Assembly (NCBI GenBank): GCA_024704765.1
Contig: JAKMXF010000066.1
Coordinates: 1,113,883 to 1,177,882, forward strand
Direction of reading: 5' to 3'
Length of the DNA: 64,000 nucleotides
DNA from: Oopsacas minuta
Lineage: Eukaryota; Animalia; Porifera
Shown here one piece after another: positions 23,001 to 37,200 of this stretch. A program made the translations under genes and the position numbers. The stretch's first letter is position 1. Each line of letters opens with the position of its first letter. The notes under the pieces were generated by a model. It had not been told where the DNA came from. It did not search any database and was given only the letters and a program-made list of their open reading frames with translations.

Positions 23001-25152
23001 GATAATTGTAGAGAAGTCTGATCCGTAGTTGTCAGAATCATATTTCTATTAGCACTGCCGGGTAGAAATAGCGAGGAATTCCTAGTAAGCTCTTCTATTT
23101 CCATTTCACAAGAATTCAAACACTCACACATAACTGGCTTGCCGGATAACATCGAATATGCAACATGGATAAAATTCGGAGTTCTATATAGCTGAGCCAT
23201 TAGATCGCTATTTCCATGAGAATTTGATTTCAATTTTAATTTACTATTTGTGAATAGGATGGGAGAGTTTGGCAAAAGATTTGGTATGTCGAAAGTAGTG
23301 GTTGAAAGCAAATCGGGTGGAGTTAGATATCCGTCAGATCCTTCAATCGAATCACTCCCCTCAAATGACATAATCTTACTATTATAATCGAAAGCATTGT
23401 GATCTCTCAATAAGTTATAGCCTAATGGATTTACATTCAAAACCTGTTCCTGTGATGCAACCTTAATTCCAACAGGCTCCAAATTACTGACCATCCTCTC
23501 GGCCTCTTTCCTAGAGTGTTTGGTGTTGAAAAGGTTTGGCGAACCGCTGCTAGTGCTGGATGAGTGTAATGGGGGTTGTGACTGACCGTCGCCTGATTCT
23601 AAGGATGAGAATGACTTTGGAGAAAAGCTACCTTTAGTTCTCAATGTTTCATCCTCTTTCTTTTCAGGAAATAGCAAGGGGCCAGTCGTGTATGTAGAAT
23701 TCCTAACTGACCAAACTTTATTAGAATGCTCAGGCTTAAGATTAGTGTTATCTTCAGCCTTTTCAGTGCCTTTAACCGTTTTTTGCCTAGATTGGTATAA
23801 TGACCTTTCTTGAGGGACAAAATTGTTCACAGCGAATTGACCAATTGTGAGTAATGATGATTTTGGTTTGAGGCACATCGTGTCGTAGCGATTCAACAAT
23901 AATACAGAGGTGTCCTGCCGATACATGTGGGCAACGTCCTCAAGTAATCTCCTAATTTCTCCCCACATTTCTCCGGACACGAGTTCTGGCAGTGACCGTA
24001 GTTTCCTATCAAAATTTCTAACTGAAGAAGTGATAGTTGAAAGTGTGTAGGTAGGACTCCCTAACAACGTGCTGGGAGAGATGGAATGACTGTAATTTAG
24101 GTCTGAGTTAACCCTCTTTGTAAATCTCCCAGTTTTCTTAGTCATAGTATCTGAATGAGATCTTAGAATACTACTATGCCCTGGTGATGACGTCACCATA
24201 CCGGTATTATACTTACAAAGCATCTCATCAAGATCTTCCATTAACGATGACATATCTTCCAAATGTGACGTAATATCCTCAACAGCTGATTCGGGCGTTA
24301 TTCCTGGTGGCAGGCTCTTTGGTAAACCTTCAGTTTGTATAATTTGCAAGTCTTTACGTAATAAATTTGAATGTACTTTGAGATCTTTCAGAAATACTTC
24401 GTAATTCCTTCGATGAATATGTGTAACTATCTTTGCTAATGCTTTTACAATTTCTTCGAAAAACAACAAAATTTTGTTTTTATCCTGTGATATGTAGCAA
24501 ATGCAGTATGGACGTTCATTACCGCGTGCATGTAGATCATACACAGTCATATAGTTGACAATAGCCTCAGCATTTTCCATCGGTTCGCTCAACAACATTT
24601 GTACATCTTGATCCAATGAGAATCTGGATAATGGCTCCCCAGAATTATTGCTAACCTTCACATGCCAATCAACTGACAGCACACGAACTGCAAAAGCAAT
24701 TTGATTAAAATTCTGTGGACAACAATCTGGAATGCATAATACAGGAGTTGGTCCTATTTGCTCTGAGAATTCTGCGATGAAAATAAAATCATTGAATTTC
24801 GTTTCTGTGCCAGAAGAAACACTTCCAGATTTTGAACCCTGCCGCCTCAAGGGAGGAATCTTTAAATTTTTACCATACATTTGAATAGGTTTAATTGTAT
24901 GACTGTCTCTGCTTAGTTTTAGTACATTTCTAGTTGACGTGTAAATATTCTATGTTGGCCTACTATTTATTACTTCATAGCAGTATCGATTTCTTCGCTA
25001 CTGATTTAGTGAAACTCTAGATTGTATCTGAAACGTAGCCTACTGTATTGATGACATACAAATAGCCAGCACAGTGACTTCCTACAATAATGGTTTCAAA
25101 TTGCTGTTTGCAATAGAGGAAGTGTTTTGACAGCAATCAAATCACTCGGATA

Positions 25153-25205
<53 letters not shown>

Positions 25206-28200
25206 TTCTAATTGCGTAGTATTGATTTTATTTACTTACCACAGGCTCTAGTTCTTTATGCCATTCACCTAGTTCTTCCATGAATTTATCATGCTCTACT
25301 ATCATATCTTCTATCCTTTCTAGATCATCTGTTGAGCTAGGTATAGGCTCGCCTGATATTCTCTCCATCTCCAAAGTAGCGGTGTCTGTCCAGTATGCGA
25401 TTTTAACCAGTTTATTCTAAACAAAAATACAATAAAACTCCACACAAATTGAGTCATACTAGTTCAGAAACTGGGGTCCATGACCCCTTGGTGGTCCACG
25501 GACAAAGCCAACAGGATCTCAAAATTTGTATTGCAACATATGGGAGGGAGCCAATAGAATGTTTAAATTGGTTTAGGGGTCCACGGTTGAAATAGGTTAG
25601 GAACCGCTGTACTAGCCCTTCATTTACCATTATTTCTTCTATTCCTTTGCTCGCAGCTTCTAGTTCCTGCCTCCGACTATGAATCAGACTTTCAACTTGA
25701 GTCCAGAATTGAGTGATACTAGTTTTTATTTCATTTAAATCTTCAAGACCACTTTCGTGTGCACGAGGTTCAATTTGTTGGAATAACTGTATGAACTCTT
25801 CGAATTGAGGTTTATGTTGCTCGAGTCCTGATTCCATATCACTAATCTTCTTGTTCACAGTTTCCAAGTTATTTGGTGTCAATTCAGTGTTTTTAATAAT
25901 CTCGTTGTAGGTCTATAGATAGAAATTATAAGATTAGTAAATGTTTTATTAACAAACGCCAGAGTGAAACCTCCACAAACGGGCTTGTGAAAACTGAAAA
26001 CCGGGAATTTTGGAAACGGAATGAAAAATGAATTCCTAGTCCCATACATATGTACCTCCACAAACTATATTAATGCACTTACGGGCTCGAGCCAGTTGAG
26101 TAGTTGTATGTCTAGACTAGCTAATCTCTGTGCTGTCTTAGAAGCATTGTATATTTCATCACTCTGTTGCTTCGCTCGTGTGGAGAATACCTCCCATAGC
26201 TGTGAAATCTCTCCGAGCTGATCTTCTATAATGGTTTGATCGTCTATAAGGTTACCTGTGCGGATTGATAGAGATATTTCTTTCATTTCATCTAACATCT
26301 GTTCCATTTCAGGAAGGTGACTAACTAATGCCTACAAGATTACAATCATAACCTCCCAGGAAAAATAGGAGAATCCTGGGAATAATTACACATTTCTGGC
26401 TTTCTCCCACATATTTGCATGGAATTATTGTGTATGGATGTCTAATTTGGAGCTTAAACTTCGTTTTACTTTATGGATATTAAAATTGGAATTCCAGGGA
26501 ATATTTCGAAAACCGGTATTTGAATAAACTAACCTCATGTTTAATAGATATCCCTTCTACAACAGTTATTACTCCATAGCAATTCTCGCTATTATCCAGC
26601 TGATCCATGAAAGCTTCTAAATTTTCTCTCAGCTGATTCTCTCTGACATCAAATTGCTTCAGATCTCCAAGCGCTCGCATAATCCTCTCTCCGCGTGCTG
26701 CTACTTTGCTTTTAACTTGTACTACTAGTGTTTGTAGTTCTTCCGCTTCTGCTGTCATATTCAAAGACGGGAGGGTCTGTAGCACTGAAGTTATAGTGGG
26801 AGACTTAGTAGCTAAATGTGTTGCAAGAGCCTAGAAAATCGATAATGTACGTTAACATTACGTAATTCATATCGCAAAAAATATTGAACAAAATTTCGTG
26901 GATTTTAATTTTTCCAATTTTTCCTTGGATAAACCAGGAATCTCGGGTAGGCTGGAAGTATGCAGTCGAAATTGGGGGTTTGTCCCGTAAATGCCCGAGA
27001 GAGAGGAAAAACCCTGATATCGAATATATTAAAGAGTTTAAAGTCATAATCCATACCCTGTGCTTAGACAATGCTTGCTCTATGAACTCTACATTCGCTT
27101 CCAAGGGAGGAGAAGTGTCAAGTTCTTTATCAGCTTCTTTCAGGAAGTTTATCAGATTCTCAGTTGCTTTGCGGAGTTCTCCAGCTCGTAGATATGCCTA
27201 GAAAAATCAATAAGAAAGCTAGCCAAATTCTTTGAAAAAAATTGAATATTGCGTTTTTGCAAAATCTCAATAAAAATTGTCCAGATGTTTGCTAAAATCC
27301 GCAAAAAAGTGAATTTTGAAACATTTTACCGACAAAAATGGAATTTTACAAAAAATTCACTGGACGCCTCGTCGAGATAGATCTTTTGGAAAATCATATT
27401 TTGTGAGATGGTTACCTCGTCCATTTCCCTCTGTAGAGTTTCCATATCAGTCTGCAGATCTCCATACTTAACTTGCAAGTTAGCTACATTAGTAGATATA
27501 GTGTCTCCGTCTGTTGGACACTTCTTCTCCAAATCTGCGCCCTTCTCACTGATCTTATCCATATCCATCTGTTTATTCACAATCTCCATTAACAGCACCT
27601 TCACACTCTCCAATAGAACTTCTAGTGTATTAAGATCACCTGATTTGAAGGCTGTAGAGAGTTCTGAGAGTTTAATTGTAGCTTGATCAATATACGCGTC
27701 TAGATCACTACACATGGATTCGAATGACTGTGCTTCCATCTGGGCATCTTGTAGATTAGCCTAGAGGAGCGAATGTTTAATATACATACGAATAGCTTCA
27801 AAAATATGTATAAAAGGCTGTGGCTACATTGCCGGAAACTGCACCCAATTTTTTTCATAAAGTGTCGGCAACAGCAAAGCTCAAATTCCTACTCAAACAA
27901 CTCAAGGCCTGGCTCAAAAGACATCCAACGGCCTTGGACTCAGCAGCCAGCACTTTAAGAAAAGAATTGGGTGCCGTTGCTGACACTCTATCCATTTCCT
28001 TATAAAGTTACCGTAACATTCTCTTCCTTGTTCACGACTGACTCTACTTTCCCTTTAACTGAGACAATTGACTTGTCTAATTTAGCTTTATCTGACTCAA
28101 TAGCAAACTTGCTGAGCTCAATATTCAACTGTTCCAAATTACCAACACGAGTCTGCATCTCTTCCAAACTCTCATGAAAAATGTTTATCTTGCTTAATTC

Positions 28201-31200
28201 CTGTGCGCAGGCTTCAGAAACTCCTCTTACCGTAAAGTCAGTATCCAGACTCTTATCAGCTGTTTTTACCCATGTAGATATAGCATCTTCTTCTGTCTTA
28301 ATCTGTGCAGCTAGTCCTGATGTAGTCTGTAGTTGTGCTAGTCTGTCAGTGATAATAGCATGGAGAGATGTTTTGTCTGTTTCTAGATTGTCTCTTTCTA
28401 CAGCCACTGTCTGTATCTACGTACAAGATTACATAAATCATGTTAATAATATGTATGAGATACAGCGAAACCTCCACAAACTGGGCTTGTGGAAAGGGGG
28501 AGTTCTGGAAAGGGAGTGAATTCAAATTCCCACACAAATGGACCTCCCAAAAACGGGGGAAACCGGGTAGTATTTTTCGGCCTCTCTGACTCCCCGTATG
28601 TGAGGTTGCACTGTAATATTATTGTTACCTGATCTGTGAATTCTCCAGTAGCAGCTAATGTTGTTATCTGTACTATTGTATCAGACAAATGTACCATCTC
28701 TTCACTCGTCATGCTATCTAGCTTGTCTTTAATCGCTGTAACCTATTTCAAATATGTAAATATATGTTGTTAAGCATAAAGTAAATATTAGGATAGCAAA
28801 CCTGTGTAATTTCTGTCTTTATTGCCTGAATTTCAATTGGAATATTCGGTTTAAAAGCAGATATTCCTGCACTTATCTCCACCAGTTTAGCGGTTGTCAC
28901 TTTAACCTGCTCTTCAAACAACTGAGCGAGAACCTGCATCTTCTCCAATCTAGTTTCTCTCTGTTGAATTCTACCCTCCAATTGATTCCACAGTTCAAAT
29001 AACTCAACACATTGTTGTGTAGTAGTTTCATGAGATGGTCTTAACTCAGCAGAACATTGACTAGAGACTGCTTCTTGTTTCTGTTTCTCCTCAACGCGAC
29101 TTGAAAGTATTTCTTTGAAACTCTATAACATTGTAAGTAGTAGTCATTCAAGCAAAGCACTTGACAATTTCGAAAATGAATATTGTATCCTTAAATTACC
29201 TTTAGAGATTGCTGTTGTATTTCAAGCAGTTGTGTGTCTAAACCTAATGGTTCCCACTTCGACATAACTTCAACTTTGTCCTGCAGCCAACACATCAAGT
29301 CTTTATGAGTATCTGCGTATTTTGTTGCTAGAGTCAATCCTTCCTTCAGTTTATCATTATACTCACTAGAAACATCATTTAGGCTAGATTGTTCATGCTC
29401 TAATCTAGCTAGCTGTTCAGCTATACCCCCAGGAGATGATGCATTAATCTATATTGAGAGTAAATGTATAATCTTAACTATGCCAACAACGTCTTTTATT
29501 CTAGGCGCTAAACGTACTAAATTCCCCTATACTTACCTGTAGTTTGTGTTTGAGTGCTTTGATAGAACTTTCTATCTCTGAGACTATGGTTTCCACCTGT
29601 TGCATGTCAATCAGCTGTTCTTCCACGATAGTAGGGACTGCTCCAGGAGGACCTTTGTTCTCAATCTGTGACTTGAGTGTGAGAATTCGCTTCAATAACT
29701 GTCCGATTTCATCAGAACCTTCTTGAGCTAGCTGTACCTTATCAGCCAAAACTTGTTCATTTTGTTGAAGTGCTTCACTAAATTCGCCCCACTCAATTTC
29801 TAAACTACTTAGCTTTTGTTTCAACTCTTCATACGAATCAGCAATTTGTGGATCTAAACTGAACTCAGATTTCGAAAGATCCTGTAATTGCTCTGTGTTT
29901 GCTTTGGATATAATACCCATTCCAATTTCCAGAGTTTCTTTGAGTATCTGAACTTTCCCTGTGAGTTTTTCTTTCAACACCTATGATTAATCATAAATTC
30001 GTACAAAAATATTTTCATAAGTTCACTTACGTTATTAAACTCGATTTCTTGTCTAATAATGTCCGAATCAAGTGATGGAGCTGGTCTAGCTTGGAATTCA
30101 GCCTTTGTTTCACTGTACAGAGCTAATAGCATATTCAACTGAGGCTCAAACGGCTGCACAACAATATCTTGGTCTAAGATTCGTGTTTTGGAGGCAATAA
30201 ATGTCTGTCGTAGTGCTTGGAGAGTGGTTTCAAGTTCCTGTACTTGAGTAGCCATTTCTGTTTGATCTAGTTCAGTGTTAATGTTAGCACTTACATCTCC
30301 TAGCTTATGAAGGAGTTCTCTTGATTTGCGTTCCTCCTCTTTCAATTCAGCATCACTTTTCTATAGGAAGTAATTGGAATTAACTGTCAGTTGCTAATCA
30401 CAGAATTAATAGTGTTACTACCTCTATGGTAGTTTTTTGTTTGTCTAGAATGGCTTGGTTTGCAGCTGGTAGAGATATTCCTTGTAGAATTACGCCCATA
30501 TCTGCTACCATTGTAATATGAGATTGTAAATCTCTACAGAGAGCTTCTATCTGAGTTTTCTCATCCCTGAGCTTCTCAATCTTGAAAGAGGAATAATTAA
30601 TAATAATAGTGGAACTCCGAAAGTACGAACTCGTAATTTTCTCCAAAACTGTTTTTCAATAAATTGTATAGGAAAAATATTCCGAAAAGACTTACATACT
30701 TCGGTTAGTATATGCTAATTTTTGTTCCCGAGGGGATAAGTCTTATTTGATTATACTTTAACATAAACATGAGTAATTCCATTTTGCTCGTACCTGGTCT
30801 TTACAATCTTGCTGCTTTTCTGTTAAACTTAATTGCAATTTATTCCATCTTTGCTTAAAATCTTCCAGCAATTCTACTAATGGATGTGTGTCTACTAAAG
30901 ACACGTCACTGCTAGCAATCAGAGATTCACATTCCTCAATGAATGTTCCTGCAGCTGGTTCATAGCTCGATTTCTTACGCATAAATTCCTACAAAATATC
31001 CCATAAATATTGTATAATTATTCAGTAATTGATGAAACTTACTTCTGCAGTTGACAACCAAATTTCAAGCTCAAAAGCTCTAGGTTTGTCAGTCAGAATG
31101 CTTTCTCCTTCTTCTAAAAATTCGTTTATCGGATGGAATAGCTTCATAACATTATCTAGAGCCGCTAATGTTCCTTGTTTGTATTCTAAGCTCTTCTCAG

Positions 31201-34200
31201 AGAGGGACAACAGATCGTCCCACTGTCCGAGCAGTTTATCTGCATCTTCTTGGAACCTGTGTGTAGCATTAGGATCAGCTTCTGTGTTGTAACAGAGGTT
31301 AGGACGGGCATTAGATAGAGTTCTGGCATAGCTCTGGTGACTTTGAGTTATAGTCTGTATAAGAATTAGTTAAATTGTAGGTTAAAAATATGGTAAATCT
31401 ACTTTTACAACTTGTGCAGACTATCACTATAATTATATTACGGTCGATATTGTATTATTTGCCCAGAAATTCGCGAGAAAAGAGGCAATACCTCGGCGGA
31501 AAACACGATTTCCGCTGTAGTCTGTGCTATAACAACATTATATTACTCACCAATATTATTTGATCGTGAATTTGTGCAGATTTTGAATAATCTTCAAAGT
31601 CTGGAGTTTTCATTAGAATTCCTTTATGAAATCTCTAAGAAGGCAAAATAAATAAATATCTCAGAATAGTTTTGCTATAATTATATTACATCTTCGTTCT
31701 TTATTAGCTTAGTAAGACTGTTGATATCTAGTTCGCATCGATCTCTATTGGCTATTTCTAAATCCTCTTCATCTATCCACTGACCTAACTCATCAGCAAG
31801 TCTAGGCAGTAGAGCTACTAGTTTAGTCAGGCCTCCTAGCCCCTGATCTAATCGAGTAGCTTCCGTTAGCAGTAAATCCCAGCGATGTCTCAGGGCCTGA
31901 GCCCCCATTTTTATTGCCGGAGATCCTCCCGCTCCCTCCAGCTGTTCGGAAATATCTGCTAAAGCTGAGAGGGTGGCTTTCAAACCTGGCTCATGTTGTG
32001 GAATTGTCGTATTGATGAAGTCCTGTAATTAATTTTAATTAATACATATATTTGGAATCTGCCCATTCAGGCTACGTAATTTTTAAAATATTTGGTTACT
32101 AAAAATTACACTAAGTACAAGCAAATATACCAAATTTTAACATGCAGTATTAAAATGGGCCAAACTTTTGATTTTTCGCATATTTTAGCCAATTTCTAGA
32201 AAAAAGTTGATTTTGAAATTTCCAGGAATCGAATATTTTCCTATGAAAAACAATTATGTAGCCTGCATGGTAATTATTTCTAAATATAGAAACTTACCAA
32301 TACAGATTGCCTCAAAATTTCGAGATTCTCTTGCCCTTGCGTATCAGCTGTCATTGCTTTGTCACTCATTTTCAAAAGTTGTTCCTCCAGCTGTAGTAAC
32401 CAATCCCAAGCTTCTCCTAACTTATCAAATCCTAACTTCAAGGTTATAAGAGCTCCACCCCAATTATTACAATTATCCTGCAGTTTATTCAATTGTGTTT
32501 CAACAGAGCTTGCTAAAGGCTGTAACTCCGCATGAGTCTTTACATCTTCCATTATCTGTAAAAGTTCTTCAAATTTTTCAGGAAACTGAGTCTGCATATG
32601 GGCTTCCCACCTAATCTGCTCAAAAGCTCTTTCTAGTGTAATACCGAGTGGAGCTTGTTCACTCAAATTCTGTTGCCAGTATCGACACCATGCTTCCAAA
32701 TCAATCAATCTATTCTTCAGCTCCTCGTTCGCCGCCTCATCTTTAAGAGTTGACCAATGTGATCTAGCTTGTCCTATCTTATCTATTATTTTGTCTTTTA
32801 TTAGAGCATCTCCAGGGAGTTTAGCTAAAAGCTCTTCTGAATGAGTTTTAAAATCCATGTAAGCTTGAGTTTTTACTTGCTTGTTGTCACCAATAAGACT
32901 CTACAAACACAAACAAATAACTATGTATATGTTACTTGTTACTTTATAATGGGCTGTTACTAAGCTTCGGGATCAAAGCAATACTTCTTATATTTGCATA
33001 CAGATTCACATGATGTTGAATTTACATGGTAATTAACTCACCATTTTATCCCAGCTGCTAACTGCATCCGCAGAGGCTTCTACTTGTCGGATGAGTTCCC
33101 CGACAGACTCTACAAGCCCCAGTTTCTCTTTGAGGACATCTCTCAGGTGGTTGTGTCTTTCTCTGAGCTTTTTGAGTCGTTGTGGAGTTGTGACGTCATT
33201 TTCTGGATACATTTGTATTACTGCAGATGTTATAATTGTAGGTTCACCGTCGGATAATTCAACCTACAAAATTAATCCAATAATTCCTTATATTCGCGAA
33301 AATCAGCTAAAAATACACTGCATAGACATACACATTGTAGTACAATAGAATGCAAATTCAGTTATAATTTATAACTCACTTCCCAATTCTCATTCATCTC
33401 CATTGAAGTAATTGTTACTTCGCTTCCTGCCTCTATTCCGATCTATAAACGCTACAATGAATATTTGTACATATATTTCACTGTTGCCAGATCATGAACA
33501 AATTCGTGAACTTTCTGACAAAACTGAGAATACATTTTGTAATTAAAGCAGGTAACAACCTCATATGCCTTGACTATCAGATAGCCCAATATCTTCTTGC
33601 TAATAGGACTATTCCTTAGATGATATGGAGGAGCGTGTATAGCTAGATCCTCTAACTCATTCAAGGATACTGCTAGCTCCTGCTCACACTTTATTAAAAC
33701 CTGATTTAACACTGTAATACAGTTTACAGAGTATGAGTCTATCTCAGCTCCATATTGTAAAAGTGTGTTTTCAGCTTTTGATAACTCTGATTCATATTCC
33801 TCTACTTTCATGTTAAGCTAAACAAATAGCATGAAATATTATCAATACAAGAATTCGGAATTCAAACACACTCACCTCTCTATATACACCGTAATCTCTA
33901 ATATGAGTTTCTAAAGCTAGCTGTAAGCTGGCTACCCAGTGTTGTCTCTTTTCAACAGTTTGTGCTTCCAGCTAATTGATTTAATATTAAACACAGAATA
34001 TGGTGCTTATAATATTAAAGCAACTTACTATTATAATATCATTGTAAGCTGGATGTTGAGTTAATGTGCTGAAACTGCTTTGTAGCTTTGTGATTTTAGG
34101 ATTCAGCTCTCTAATTGAATTGTCTAATACCTATATAGGTTGTATTGTTAAAAAATTATTTTTGAAAGGAATAGCAAATTTATTGCTCACTTTCAACTCA

Positions 34201-37200
34201 TTTTCTAGGGTCTGTGGATTAGGTAGAGGATTCCATTTTCTAATTTTCTCTCTAACTTCTAATACTTCCATCTGGTCGTGAATGTCTCTTATAGATTCCA
34301 GAACTTCTTCCAAAATTCTAAGGTCCTCTGCTCTTTTCTTGCTTATCATCTTTAAGTTTGTATAACTGCTCTGTAGAGTATGTAGTTTGAGGCTGAATGA
34401 TTCAGCAACAGCACCCTGTAGTGAGCTAGCTACACGCTGACAGCCTGAGACCTGTTGAGAGAACTGTTCTATCTCTTCGTGGAGTACCGTGTGTGCACTG
34501 ATGGTCTGACGAACTTCCGTAACATTATTGTAGAATTGACCACGCTTTATTCGTTCCTAAAATGAAATTGAAATGTAATTGAATTTGTAATCGAATTGTA
34601 ATTCAAATACTTACTGTGTTGAGTCTAATCCATTCAATTAAGCCATCAATATCAGGGAGTTCTGGCTGTAGTTCTGCCAGAGACTTGTATATCTGATTCA
34701 GATTCTCACACTCAATGCTATATCTATATAGAGACGGAATTGAATATGTATGTTATAAATGTTTGTATAGCTAAACTCACGATTGTTTGACGTCACTGAT
34801 TGCCTTGCATTCTATCGCTGGAAGAGATTGTAGGATTATTTCTGTTTCATTCAGTGCAGTACGATTTGCCTATAAATAACAATAAATGTTTGCAATATCG
34901 CATAAATAATAAATTTTTACTTCTGCTTTTTCGTTAGCAGCTTGTTTACGCTTGTTTAGTTTTTCTAACTTCTTGCTATCATTTGTAGAAGAGTACTCAT
35001 TTTGTAGAGATAATACTTCTGTGTTTAGAGCTTTCAGTTCTGAAGAAATCTTTTGCAACTTCAACTTTGCTTTTTGTGCCAATTCTTCAATATGTTCTAA
35101 TCTAAATTAGTTGCAATTTCTATTATATGCAGAAATTCGTCTTCAATTTACAGACAGCTAATTCCACCGATTTAGCTCAGAATTCGATTAAATAGAGTGT
35201 TTTTATGGCGAAAATATTTTTCGCCTTCATCTAACAACTTACATGCCAATAAGCTTAGATAGCTCAGCAGATCTTTCTAGAGATAACTCTTCTATCAAAT
35301 GTATTTGTTCTAACAACCCTTCTATATCCAGATCAGCTGTAGCATTCTTGTCAGCTCCAGTCATCATCTATAATACAATTTATACAAACTTAATGAAAAC
35401 TATTAATAATGTTGTGAATGCGTACTTTTATTTTCTCTTCAAACCTCTGAATACTGATAACTTCATTTTCCTTCATTTTGCAGTCTTTTGAAGTTCTGTT
35501 TACTACATTAATCTCTCTCTAGACAAATGCATTAAATAAAATCTCTTTCCAAATATATAAATAAGATTAATTACTCTGCAATCTTCTGTATTAGTTGGCA
35601 CTTCCTTCCTGGCTAATAATATTCTCTTTTCTTGTATCCATTTGTTAACCTCTTCGAATCTCTGTTTAAGTTGATCTTTCTCAGACCAAGATGTTCCCTC
35701 AGGTAAAGGAGGTAGAGCTTGCTTCAACATGGACAAATACGTCATTGTGCATTTCTCATCGAATACACCTTTTGCCATATCTACAGACATTCAACATAGA
35801 AATACTCGCAAACTTGCAATGCTTGGATAATCCGGAGATTTCCCTTCATATACATGGAAAATTGAAAATCTCGGAAAAATTTGGTATTTTTGCAATATTT
35901 CTGGAATATTTTCGATGTAGTTAGGGGAAAACGAGAAATACAGGGAAAATATTAAAAATGCAAGGATTTGGCAATGAAAAGCCAGAGAATTCTGTAAAAT
36001 GGATTAGCACGCATATATTCGAGCTAAATTATCAAATAAAAGTAATAGTAATAACCTTCTGGCTCTAGCAATGACATGACGTAGAGTTCTTCTTGTGCAA
36101 CTTGGAAAGCATAATGTAGATTTTCAATTGGATTATTCTTATCGAGTCTGTTAATGTCAATAAGATCAGGTCTATGTCTGTGTATGAGAGCTGAGAATGC
36201 AATTCCATCTGTCCAACTGGTTGTCAAGTCGTTTATACTGACGTCATAATAACCTTCTGTAGCATTTTTGGCCCATTCTATTATCTCTTTTTTCGGGTCT
36301 TTATCTGATTGTGTAATCATTGATATCTAGCAAAACAGTAAATAATAATTGTTCATTTTATTTGATTGCTATATTTGAAGGGAATCTACCTGGAAATGTA
36401 GTATAATAGTCCATATGAGACCTAAAATGAGATTTTTCTTTCCATCAATAATATCTTCAGCTCCAATTCCAACTAGTTTTATCTATAATTCAGTAAATAT
36501 CGTTGAAATTATCGTTTATAGGTTAATTGATCGTTATTTACCTTTCTACTTTTTATGAAGTCTAACACAAAGTTCAAGTTATTGACATTGTGGAATCGCA
36601 TGTGACCTTTCTCAGGGAGTTTCTAAAAGCAAACATATAAATTGTACAAACACAATTTTACAAATTTCTTACAATTGGTTCATCTGTCAATAGTGTTACT
36701 AACATCGCCAACCTTTCTCCAGTAGCTAAGTCTTCATATATGTTATTGACTCGTTGATTAACCTAATAGAATGTAGAGCTAATCAGCTGATAGCATAAAC
36801 AGAATTAAGCATGTACTAACTTTATTTAGATGAGAATTCATCCATCTTGTGAATGTTTTCTTTTGCAGCTCTTCATGTAATGCTATTAATAGTATTATAT
36901 AGATAATATATGCGATAACTAGCAACAGATTCATACAACCCTTATACCAATTTTAACACATTCTGTGGACCCCTGCTGTCGTCCCAGGTTGGGAACCGCT
37001 AGCATAGAGGAAGTGATAGCTAGGACTATGCTAAAATATTCAAAAAATCGAACCTGCTACTTCCATCCGACTCTGTTCATATCCTTCATTCGTTTTCAAA
37101 TTCCTGGGTGAACTGGCACCAGAACTTGCGGTCGGACTCTGAGAACGAGGGTCATAAGGAGACCCCACCTTGGTTACATCTTGGTAATCCTGATAGTCAA

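Noticed and set aside
24881-24930. SMCR8 ORF as an alternative last exon fused in frame to the spectraplakin
   Set aside because: Both nearby AG acceptors read into a TAA in phase 0 and are out of frame with the SMCR8 ATG (22 nt from the closer AG).
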